From Alphaproteobacteria bacterium (GTDB lineage Bacteria; Pseudomonadota; Alphaproteobacteria; Rs-D84), in assembly GCA_017629245.1 (NCBI GenBank), contig JAGBXO010000003.1, positions 1,897 through 65,896 of the forward strand: DNA of 64,000 bases. The letters are read 5' to 3'. Each line of letters opens with the position of its first letter. Position 1 is the stretch's first letter. The position numbers and the translations under genes are program-made. The notes below the pieces were generated by a model. The model was not told where the DNA came from. It saw only the letters and a list, made by a program, of their open reading frames with translations, and did not search any database. Positions 36,642 through 45,408 of the stretch are shown piece after piece.

Positions 36642-37307
36642 TTATCTGGTTTTAAATCTAGTGTGCTCAATTATTTTGTCAAAATCGCGATCGTCCTGGA
36701 TTTCCTTGGCGGTTCGAATTTTATTGTTAATCAAGAAGTTGTCTTGTTTAATCATATACTTTTTTTGTTCTGTTTGTGACATACTGGCAATCTGTTTCCC
36801 GCGTGCGGTATTGAAAAATTTTGGTTTATATCCCCATTCCCACGACAGGCGGATTCTGTCGCCGTCCCACAGACATGCCGAAACCCCATCTGGGGCATAG
36901 CGACCGGTTGTGTGATTTTCAATCGCGTAAAGAATTTTATTTGTGTCTGCCACAGAAATATGGGGATAATGCGTGGCCAAAAATTCACGTGCAATTGGTA
37001 CAGCGTGCGGTCCATGCTCTGTGCACCATTCATCATTTGTTCGTGCGCAATCGTGCAGTCCTGCCGCTAACAGCACGGGCAGGGGCTCTTGATTAATTGT
37101 ATATGCTATATCCAGTCCGAACATTGCGACCTGGGTGGTGTGTGTCAGGCCATGATATCCATATCTGTCCTGGTTTGAAATCTGGGCAATTTGTGGCAAA
37201 ATTTGCTCAAAGAATAATTTTGCATAATATTCAGCCCCGTGTGCAGTTTGTATTGTGTTTTTATTTTTCTGGGTTATAAATTGAATTAATAAATCTTTAG
37301 GTTTCAT
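36642..37307 (-). CDS. HD-domain phosphohydrolase superfamily protein
   Basis: 'HGLTHTTQVA' ... 'AAGLHDCAR' (H...HD metal-binding motif). 221 aa. Confidence 0.6.
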   Translation of the reverse strand: MKPKDLLIQFITQKNKNTIQTAHGAEYYAKLFFEQILPQIAQISNQDRYGYHGLTHTTQVAMFGLDIAYTINQEPLPVLLAAGLHDCARTNDEWCTEHGPHAVPIAREFLATHYPHISVADTNKILYAIENHTTGRYAPDGVSACLWDGDRIRLSWEWGYKPKFFNTARGKQIASMSQTEQKKYMIKQDNFLINNKIRTAKEIQDDRDFDKIIEHTRFKTR

Positions 37308-37475
37308 TTTATTTTCTTAGGCCTATGTTTTTTTTGTGTATAAACTGTCGCATATTTTTTTATAAAATCAAATAAAAAAAGAAAATTTTATACTTGAAAC
37401 AAAAAACATTAAATTATATAATGATTAAACTTTATAACAAATCTTCAAATCAAGCCTATTATATAGGAGTTTAAA

Positions 37476-37925
37476 ATGGCGCGCAAGGAATTTGTTCGTT
37501 TAATGGAAGAAAATATTTGGACATTGGATAAAATTGCCGATAAGTTGCGATTGGATCGTGTAGATACAACCGGTTATCCGCGCCAATTGATGTCTATTTT
37601 GGTGCGTCTGCACAATGGTGGGCGTGCGCGTCTAAAGGATATTGCGCGTCGCGAACATGTGTCCGCACCGAATTTGTGTGCGGCTTTTAGAAAACTGGAA
37701 TCGGATGGTTTGGTTATACGCACGATTGATGAAGATGATCGTCGCAATACGTGGTATTGTGTGTCTGAATCTGGTGCCGAATTGGCGCGTGTTGCAATGG
37801 ATTTGTTTCGCGGTGGTATTGAACGCATTTTTGCCAATGTTTCGCGCGAAGATGAAGTGCGTCTGACCCAGGCATTGCGTACCATGCATGAAGTTTTAAA
37901 AAAGGTGGAGTTAGGTAATGAATAG
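37476..37925 (+). CDS. MarR-family transcriptional regulator
   Basis: Winged-HTH 'RLKDIARREHVSAPNLCAAFRKLESDGLVIRTIDEDDRRNTWYCVSESG'. It is the first gene of the efflux operon. Confidence 0.75.
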   Translation: MARKEFVRLMEENIWTLDKIADKLRLDRVDTTGYPRQLMSILVRLHNGGRARLKDIARREHVSAPNLCAAFRKLESDGLVIRTIDEDDRRNTWYCVSESGAELARVAMDLFRGGIERIFANVSREDEVRLTQALRTMHEVLKKVELGNE

Positions 37926-39249
37926 TTTTAAGTGTGCCTCGATGGGGGGTGTTTTTTGCGCTTTGTTGGTTGTGTCGCCATCATTCGCAATAGATTTGTC
38001 ATTAAATGATGCGGTTGAAAAAATAATGCACGAATCGCACGATTTGAAAAAGGCATCAGCTAATTTATCGCGGGCCGAAGCGTCATTAGATGCCGCGAAT
38101 GCTAATCGTTGGTTTAAATTGGATGGTTCTGCATCATATATGAACATGGTAAATGTTGAAAATCCATCGGAATCCCAGAAAATTGAATTGCCACCGTCTT
38201 TAGGCGGTTTGATTCATGAAACCTTAAAAGATACATCAATTGCGTTTGAAATTCCTGATAATATTTTCCAGGCGGGTTTGACATTGACTCAGCCGCTGTA
38301 TACATTCGGCAAAATCGGCAACGCGGTAAAGTCTGTGCGTGCGGCGGTCAAAATGGCCGAAAAATCCCAGGAATTAACCCGTCGTTCTGTACGTTATGCT
38401 GCAATTGACCTGTATTGGACAGCCAAGATGACAGATGAAATTGTAAAGTTGGCAGAAAACGATTTAAAAAACGCTCGCGCTGCAAAACGTAATTTAACAT
38501 CTGCCGGTCGCGCAAATCGCAGTAATTTGTTAAAAATTGAATCTGATATCGCAACCAAAGAAATCAATGTTTCTGATGCAAAATTTGACCGTGATACTGC
38601 GCACAGAATGTTAAAAATTTTGGCGGGAATTGATATCGCCGAACCATTGGTTTTGACGGATAATTTTCCATCTGATTTTGGCGAATTAAATGCAGGAAAT
38701 TTAAAGACTACACCCCAATGGGAAATTCTGGAACAACAGGCCAACATGTATGAACGCCTGGCACGTTCACAACGCGCAAACGGATATCCAACATTGGCGG
38801 CAACTGCATCGTATACATATTCATCAATGTCGGGTGATATTGGACACTTGTTTGATAAAAAAGGTGGCCAGTCTGCATCATGGGGTGTTGCGCTTCAAAT
38901 GCCGATATTCAGCGGTGGTCTGAATCGCGCCAATGCCACGATAGAGGCAATGAATGCCGAAGCCGCCCGTCAGGACCTGGCCCAGGCAAAAAAAATAACA
39001 ACCGAAGAATATGATAACGCGGTGCGTCAATATAACCATTTGCGTGATAATTTATCCACATTGGAAAATGCGCGTAACCTGGCGGCCAAGACATATACAC
39101 TGTCGCAAAATCGTTTTGCATCTGGCCAGACATCTGCGGTTGAACTGGCAGATGTATCGGCGGGGCTGTATCAATTGGATTTGGCGTTATTAAGTACCAA
39201 GTACAAGATTTTAATGTCTGCGGAAACTATCAAGAAATTGGGTGAATAA
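37918..39249 (+). CDS. TolC-family outer membrane efflux protein (OMF)
   Basis: Signal peptide. Duplicated helical/beta architecture typical of OMF proteins. 8-nt overlap with marR. Confidence 0.7.
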   Translation: MNSFKCASMGGVFCALLVVSPSFAIDLSLNDAVEKIMHESHDLKKASANLSRAEASLDAANANRWFKLDGSASYMNMVNVENPSESQKIELPPSLGGLIHETLKDTSIAFEIPDNIFQAGLTLTQPLYTFGKIGNAVKSVRAAVKMAEKSQELTRRSVRYAAIDLYWTAKMTDEIVKLAENDLKNARAAKRNLTSAGRANRSNLLKIESDIATKEINVSDAKFDRDTAHRMLKILAGIDIAEPLVLTDNFPSDFGELNAGNLKTTPQWEILEQQANMYERLARSQRANGYPTLAATASYTYSSMSGDIGHLFDKKGGQSASWGVALQMPIFSGGLNRANATIEAMNAEAARQDLAQAKKITTEEYDNAVRQYNHLRDNLSTLENARNLAAKTYTLSQNRFASGQTSAVELADVSAGLYQLDLALLSTKYKILMSAETIKKLGE

Positions 39250-39252
39250 GAA

Positions 39253-39867
39253 ATGGAAAAAATACACGATACAATACATTCTAAACGGTTCAAGCATATT
39301 ATGCATGCGACCCTGGCCTTGTTAATGATTGGCTGGGTTATATTTCGCTTTGGTGCGGTCGCGTCTGAAAATGCGCGCCAGGTATTTAATGCATCACGTG
39401 TTGCGGCAGATGTTGGCGCGCCTGTTAATACAATACGTGCAGAATATAAAACCGGTGTTTTATATGAACCATTATCTGTCCAGAATAATCGTGCCTATGT
39501 GACTGGTGCGCGCGCAAAAAAATTGCGCATCGGCGGTCGTGTTGGGGCGGGCGAAATCGTGTCTGTATCGCGTAACCTGGATTTGGAAACAGGTATGTTT
39601 GTTGTGCGTACACGTGGTGTTGCAGATGGTCTGCATTATGCAGAATTTTCTGCTGATGGATTCTTTGTTCCGTTGTATGCGGTTCGTGATAATACGGTCT
39701 TGGTTGCGGTCGATGGTGTTGCAACATCACGCACAGTGACCGTTGCAAGCCAAGATTCAGAAACCGCATACATAACATCTGGTCTGCGGTCTGGTGATAT
39801 TGTTATTTTATCCAGTGTTAATTCAGGTGACAAAGTCCAATTAAAATCAAATCAGGGGGAAATATAA
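39253..39867 (+). CDS. short periplasmic adaptor (HlyD/RND membrane-fusion-protein-like), 204 aa
   Basis: N-terminal TM anchor followed by beta-rich segments. Located between the OMF and the RND pump. Roughly half the usual MFP length. Confidence 0.55.
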   Translation: MEKIHDTIHSKRFKHIMHATLALLMIGWVIFRFGAVASENARQVFNASRVAADVGAPVNTIRAEYKTGVLYEPLSVQNNRAYVTGARAKKLRIGGRVGAGEIVSVSRNLDLETGMFVVRTRGVADGLHYAEFSADGFFVPLYAVRDNTVLVAVDGVATSRTVTVASQDSETAYITSGLRSGDIVILSSVNSGDKVQLKSNQGEI

Positions 39868-39870
39868 GCC

Positions 39871-42800
39871 ATGTTAAAGTTTTTTGTTCGTCGTCCAATA
39901 ACGACATTAATGTTTGTTCTGGTATGGGTTGTTTTGGGATTGGTATCTTTCCCAAAAATGAACATTGAACGCACCCCATCGGTTGATTTTCCAATGGTGA
40001 CAGCAACTTTTGTCTATCCTGGTGCTGCCCCCGAAGAAATTGAATCCCAGGTTGTAAAGCGCGCCGAAGATGCAATTTCCGAAGTGTCCGAATTAAAAAA
40101 TATTATTTCATACGCCTATGAAAACAGTGCCTTTGTTATGGCAGAATTTAATCTGGGCGTAAATGTTAATGACAAGGCCACAGAAATAAAAACAAAACTG
40201 GATTCCTTGATATCGGAATTCCCCGACAATATGGACCAGCCTGTTGTTGAAAAGTTAAATCCATTACAAGAATCTGTTGTTGATATTGTTCTGCACGGTG
40301 CTGATGCACGTGACCTGGAAGAATACATAGACAATATCTTATCTACAAAAATAACTGCAATCAGTGGTGTGGCCAGTGTATCAACCTTTGGTGGTCGTGA
40401 ACGTGCAATTCGTGTTGCGATGAATCCTGATCAAATGGTTGCTCGCGGTGTTACCATTATGGATATTGTTGCGGCGTTGGGGGCACATAATTTGAATGTG
40501 CCTGGTGGAAAGATTGAACGTACCGTTGATTCTTCAAATGTTCGTTTTATTGGTGAATTTGCATCGGTTGATGAAATTGCAAATCTGCGCCTGACGACCG
40601 TCGAAGGCAATAATTTTAAATTATCAGACATTGCAACAATTACCGATGCCGCGCGTGATATTGAAACCGGCGCGCGCTATAATGGTAAATCAGTTGTTGT
40701 TGCATCTGTCGTAAAATCATCAGACGGAAACGCAATAAATATTTCTCGCGCATTGCGCGACCGCATGCCCGAACTTCAGACGGATTTATCCAATCGTTTT
40801 CCCGGTGCGGAAATGTTAATTGCATCAGATTCGTCAGTTGCCGTATCAGACGAAACAGACAGTACAATCAATGGTATTGTTTTAGGTGTTTTGTTAACTG
40901 TGCTGGTGTTGCTGGTGTTTACCAAAAATTGGCGTTCAACTGTTATTGCAGGTGTCGTTATTCCTGCATCCTTATTTGCTGGATTCTTCTTTATGGATGG
41001 ATCTGGATTTACAGTAAATGCAATGACCTTGTTGGCGTATTCGTCTGCGCTGGGTACATTGGTTTCAAATGCGATTATTTTGATTGAATCTGCCCTGCAA
41101 GAATTACACGCCGGCAAAAAACCAGAAGACGCTGCCATTGATGGTACGAAAAAGGTTGCGGTATCCGTTCTGGCGGGTGTTGGAACAAATGTTGTTGTGT
41201 TTTTACCATTGGCGTTTATGGGGGGTATTGTTGGTCAGTTCATGGTCCAGTTTGGATTAACAGTTGTATATTTAACATTATTGTCTTTGATGTTCTCGTT
41301 TACATTAACACCAATGATGATTGCGCGCTTTTTGCGTTTAACGAACAAGAACAAAGAACCTAAAAAAACAGGTTCCCTGAAACAAGATGTTCAAGATGTA
41401 ACCCGTACAGGTATGCAGCGCTGGTATGAATATCAGTATGCGCATCCATGGCGTGTTGTTGGCTTGGCGGCGGCGATATTTGTTGCCTCTACTATGCTGA
41501 TGCGATTTGTTGGTAATGAATTTTCGCCATCAACTGATGCGAATGAAATTACAATCAGTGCGCGTGCGCCAATGGGTGCAACCTTTGAACGGTCAGAATC
41601 TATCGCAAAACAGATAGAGCAGGGGTTAACCCAATTCCCCGAAGTAAAATCAACAACCGTTAAAATTGGTGAACGCGGTCTGCAGAATATCAATGTGACG
41701 GTTGAACTGGTGGATGCGTCTGAGCGTGATATTTCTGACAAGAAATTGGCACAACAAATTTTGCCTGCAATATCAAATATTGCCGATGCTGAAATTCAGA
41801 TTCGTGCTGGTGAAGCAATGTCATCGGGTGTTTCGTCTGACCTGGTGCTAAATATTTTTGGCCCAGATGACACAACCCGCGAAGATTATGCCACGCGTAT
41901 CATTGATATTGTAAATCAAATCCCCGAAGTTCAATCGGCGGTTCGTGCGCAACAGTTGCCGGCCATGGAAACCCAGTTCACTCCAGACCAAGAAAAAATG
42001 AATTTCTGGGGCATTCAAAATTCTTATGCAGCCCAGACATTGCGTACCGCGCTGTTTGGAAATGACGATTATAAATACAAAGAAAACGGCGAAGAATATC
42101 CAATAATTTTGGAATTTGCAAAACCATTTAAGAACACCGCCTTGTTTGACAATGTGTATGTAAATTCACAAAAAGGTATGGTTGCGTTATCGTCACTGGG
42201 TACGGTCCAGACTGCACGCGCCACCCCAGAAATTCGTCGTGAAAATAAAAACAGGTACACCGAAATAGATATTAATATTGGTAAGTCAACCATGGGCCCT
42301 GTTCAGCAAAAGATTCAGGCAGAACTGAATAAAATAGACTGGACACCGGGGTATTATGCGGAATTTGGTGGTATGTCTGACACCCAGGCTGAATCCGCCA
42401 GTGAAATTGGTATGGCGTTTATGTTGGCGACGATATTAACATTTATGTTGCTGGCGGCGATATTAAATTCCTTGGCGCATCCGTTTACAATTGCGACATC
42501 TATTTTGACCAGTTTTACCGGCGTATTTATCATGATGTTCTTGTCTGGTGCGACAATGAATGTTGGTGCAATGTTGGCGTTTGTTATGTTGGTGGGGCTG
42601 GTGGTTAATAATAACATTTTGGTGTTGGAACCTACGATTAATCGTGTTGCCACCGGTGAACAGCCATTTGCCGCCCTGTGGGCAGAACTGCGTGATAAAA
42701 AGAACATGGTGCTAATGACATCTATTGCTGTTGTTGCGGGTATGGTGCCACAGTTATGGTCTGTTGACGGTATGAAGGTCGCAATGGGTGCAGTTATGAT

Positions 42801-42903
42801 TGGTGGTATGTTGGCCAGTTTGGTCTTTACATTTACGCTGACTCCTGCACTATTCTTCCTGGTTGAACGCGCCCGCAAATGGCGACCAAAATGGAAACGA
42901 TAG
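39871..42903 (+). CDS. RND-family multidrug efflux transporter (AcrB/HAE1-like)
   Basis: 1010 aa with 12 TM segments and two large periplasmic loops. 4-nt gap to the adaptor gene. Confidence 0.85.
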   Translation: MLKFFVRRPITTLMFVLVWVVLGLVSFPKMNIERTPSVDFPMVTATFVYPGAAPEEIESQVVKRAEDAISEVSELKNIISYAYENSAFVMAEFNLGVNVNDKATEIKTKLDSLISEFPDNMDQPVVEKLNPLQESVVDIVLHGADARDLEEYIDNILSTKITAISGVASVSTFGGRERAIRVAMNPDQMVARGVTIMDIVAALGAHNLNVPGGKIERTVDSSNVRFIGEFASVDEIANLRLTTVEGNNFKLSDIATITDAARDIETGARYNGKSVVVASVVKSSDGNAINISRALRDRMPELQTDLSNRFPGAEMLIASDSSVAVSDETDSTINGIVLGVLLTVLVLLVFTKNWRSTVIAGVVIPASLFAGFFFMDGSGFTVNAMTLLAYSSALGTLVSNAIILIESALQELHAGKKPEDAAIDGTKKVAVSVLAGVGTNVVVFLPLAFMGGIVGQFMVQFGLTVVYLTLLSLMFSFTLTPMMIARFLRLTNKNKEPKKTGSLKQDVQDVTRTGMQRWYEYQYAHPWRVVGLAAAIFVASTMLMRFVGNEFSPSTDANEITISARAPMGATFERSESIAKQIEQGLTQFPEVKSTTVKIGERGLQNINVTVELVDASERDISDKKLAQQILPAISNIADAEIQIRAGEAMSSGVSSDLVLNIFGPDDTTREDYATRIIDIVNQIPEVQSAVRAQQLPAMETQFTPDQEKMNFWGIQNSYAAQTLRTALFGNDDYKYKENGEEYPIILEFAKPFKNTALFDNVYVNSQKGMVALSSLGTVQTARATPEIRRENKNRYTEIDINIGKSTMGPVQQKIQAELNKIDWTPGYYAEFGGMSDTQAESASEIGMAFMLATILTFMLLAAILNSLAHPFTIATSILTSFTGVFIMMFLSGATMNVGAMLAFVMLVGLVVNNNILVLEPTINRVATGEQPFAALWAELRDKKNMVLMTSIAVVAGMVPQLWSVDGMKVAMGAVMIGGMLASLVFTFTLTPALFFLVERARKWRPKWKR

Positions 42904-42904
42904 A

Positions 42905-42932
42905 ACAAAACCGCCTTTGGGCGGTTTTTTGT
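42905..42932 (+). terminator. intrinsic terminator (ccgcc-tttg-ggcgg + T6)
   Basis: Hairpin at 42911-42924 followed by tttttt. Confidence 0.65.
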
Positions 42933-42983
42933 TGCGGTCAACGTCCAAAATATCCTATGCTGTACCACAAAGGGAAAGTAAAT

Positions 42984-43877
42984 ATGACATCAAATTTTTA
43001 TGAAATGATTTTATCAATGCGGCCACAAAAAATGCGAACTGTTGCATTGGCGGGTGCGACTGATCCAAACGCAATTGCTGCGATTGTAGCGGCACATGAA
43101 ATGGGCTTTGTAAATGCGATTTTGTGTGGGGTAAAATCTGAAATTCAAAATATCGCAGATAAAAACAATATTGATATATCCGATTTTGAAATTATTGATT
43201 GCACCGATGACGTGTCGATTGCGCAAACTGCTGTTTCATTGGTGCGCGATGGCCGTGCAGATATTTTAATGAAGGGGCTAATTCATACCGCAGATATTTT
43301 GCGTGCAGTTTTAAATCGTGAAACAGGCATCCGTGGCGATGGAATTTTATCACATGTATCTGTATTGTATTCGCCATCACGGAACAGACGCATATTTTTA
43401 ACAGATATTGCAATGGTTATGTATCCCGATTTAGAAAAGAAAATCGGACTGGTAAAAAATGCGGTATCTTTTGCGCATCACATGGGTGTAGAATGCCCAC
43501 GTGTTGCGCCCCTGTGCGCGGTTGAAACATTAAACCCTGCGATGCAGGCAACCCTTGATGCGGCAGCACTACATGAAAAGAATGCATCTGGCGAAATAGG
43601 CGGGTGCATAATATCTGGGCCAATATCATTTGATATTGCGGTGTCGGCATCTGCCGCCATGGCCAAGGGGTATATGGGCCCAATTCAGGGTGATGCAGAC
43701 ATCTTGTTATTTGATAATATCGAGGCCGGCAATAATACCATCAAGGCAATGGTACAATTTGGCGATTGGTTATTTGGTGGTGTGGTCATTGGCGCACGTG
43801 CACCAATTGTATTAAATTCACGTTCAGATTCTGATTTGTCTAAATTATTTTCAATTTGTTGTGCCTGTACGATGTAA
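42984..43877 (+). CDS. phosphate acetyl/butyryl-transferase family protein (Pta/Ptb, short form)
   Basis: 'ADILMKGLIHTADILRAVLN' and 'ISGPISFDIAVSA' are typical of the PTA_PTB fold. Start at ATG 42984. The upstream ORF extension overlaps the RND terminator and was rejected. Confidence 0.65.
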   Translation: MTSNFYEMILSMRPQKMRTVALAGATDPNAIAAIVAAHEMGFVNAILCGVKSEIQNIADKNNIDISDFEIIDCTDDVSIAQTAVSLVRDGRADILMKGLIHTADILRAVLNRETGIRGDGILSHVSVLYSPSRNRRIFLTDIAMVMYPDLEKKIGLVKNAVSFAHHMGVECPRVAPLCAVETLNPAMQATLDAAALHEKNASGEIGGCIISGPISFDIAVSASAAMAKGYMGPIQGDADILLFDNIEAGNNTIKAMVQFGDWLFGGVVIGARAPIVLNSRSDSDLSKLFSICCACTM

Positions 43878-43937
43878 AAAAAGTATGCGCCATTTAATAA
43901 TTCTATGATATAATCCCCTTGCAAAAAGGGGATTGTT

Positions 43938-45311
43938 ATGTCAGAGGCTTTATTTAATCTTGCCAGTCAAAATTTTAATAGATATCTGAAAGAGTTTCAG
44001 GAAAAAGGCATCGCATATATGTTGCCTGCAGGTCGTTTGACAGATGAACAATGGCGCGAATTAAATGCGGCTTTGGTTCAGTATGGTGTTCGTATGGTGC
44101 CCGCGAAAAAAGATGGTGTTGCATATATGTTGTTTTCCAAATTGCCTGGCCGCCAGGCCGAACCAGTTAAACCTGCCCAGGCAGATAATGATTTGGGTGC
44201 ACAGTTAAAAAGATATACCGGTATGGAATGGGAACATAAAAAGGCCCAGGAATCAGGTCTGGGGTATGAACATTACAGGATAAAAATCGATGATTTGCCC
44301 CAATCTCAGGTTAGTGCTGTGCTGGATGCATTGGATAAAAATGCCATTTATAAAGTGAATTCAGTTTATACAAACAAAGGGCAATTTTTAATTGTTGATG
44401 TGGCTGACGCTGGGCTGGATAACATATTGGATTATTATGGAACAGTAAATTATAATGGCGTTCCCGGATACGTATATGTTCGCGATGATATGGGCGGGGG
44501 TGTTGCCAGGGGATATGCCGAACGCATTATGCAACAGGGAACGCATTATGCAGTGGCATTAAATCGTGACGGTCATACTGGTGGCAATTACATTGTTGTT
44601 TCAATGCGCAAGGAGGATGCTGAAAAAATAGGCGCAAAATATCAAGGTGGCATTCTTTCCACATCGCGCGATAATTCTGCACAAATGCAAAAACTAAGAA
44701 ATATTATTGGAAAGCCGTTGACCCAGATAAATGGTGTTCCTGCGACAATAGAATCTATGTCTGATTTTGGTGTTTACAGTGGTCGCGTAATTTTATTGGT
44801 ATCGGTTGGTGAAAAAAAATTACCATTTTATATTTCTACGGGCAGTGCAGGAAAAACAGATGTTCCGACCGGCAAATGGGAATTCTTTGGTGGTATTGAC
44901 CAACACGATTGGTTCCGCAAAGGTGGCCTAGAAGACATATTGTCGCATTATCATTCGCCCGAATTAAAACAGATTGCAGATGCGCTGGACCACCATGTTG
45001 GCGATTTGCGTGACACGACCGATGTTCTAAAAACAATTGGTCGTCAGTATCTTGGTGGTCGTGGTGATGTTATGTATATAATAAATGCCCCAACAATCAA
45101 CCGTAATCATATAAATCAATCTGTTTTCAATCCGCAAAACGATGGGATTTTCGCATTGGATTTGCGTGATGTCAAAGAATATCTGCATGATTTGCAAGCA
45201 ACACAAAATAAAAACATAGCTCCAGATTTAAATCAGGGCATGCAAAGTATCAAAGATAAGATATTTTCTCGCTTTAAAGCAATGTTCAAAGACGGCAACG
45301 AAAATGATTAG
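43938..45311 (+). CDS. hypothetical cytoplasmic protein (457 aa)
   Basis: RBS AAAGGGGA + ATG. No signal peptide and no recognised motif. Confidence 0.55.
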   Translation: MSEALFNLASQNFNRYLKEFQEKGIAYMLPAGRLTDEQWRELNAALVQYGVRMVPAKKDGVAYMLFSKLPGRQAEPVKPAQADNDLGAQLKRYTGMEWEHKKAQESGLGYEHYRIKIDDLPQSQVSAVLDALDKNAIYKVNSVYTNKGQFLIVDVADAGLDNILDYYGTVNYNGVPGYVYVRDDMGGGVARGYAERIMQQGTHYAVALNRDGHTGGNYIVVSMRKEDAEKIGAKYQGGILSTSRDNSAQMQKLRNIIGKPLTQINGVPATIESMSDFGVYSGRVILLVSVGEKKLPFYISTGSAGKTDVPTGKWEFFGGIDQHDWFRKGGLEDILSHYHSPELKQIADALDHHVGDLRDTTDVLKTIGRQYLGGRGDVMYIINAPTINRNHINQSVFNPQNDGIFALDLRDVKEYLHDLQATQNKNIAPDLNQGMQSIKDKIFSRFKAMFKDGNEND

Positions 45312-45408
45312 CAGAAAAATCGGCTTTTATGCCGATTTTTTTCTTGCAATTGTGAATTTCATGCCCCACAATCGGTGGGCATTTTTATTTCTACACAAAG
45401 GAGAACTA

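Noticed and set aside
42879-42983. Upstream extension of the Pta/Ptb-like ORF
   Set aside because: It overlaps the RND gene's 3' end and terminator. Pta similarity starts at MTSNF with the ATG at 42984.
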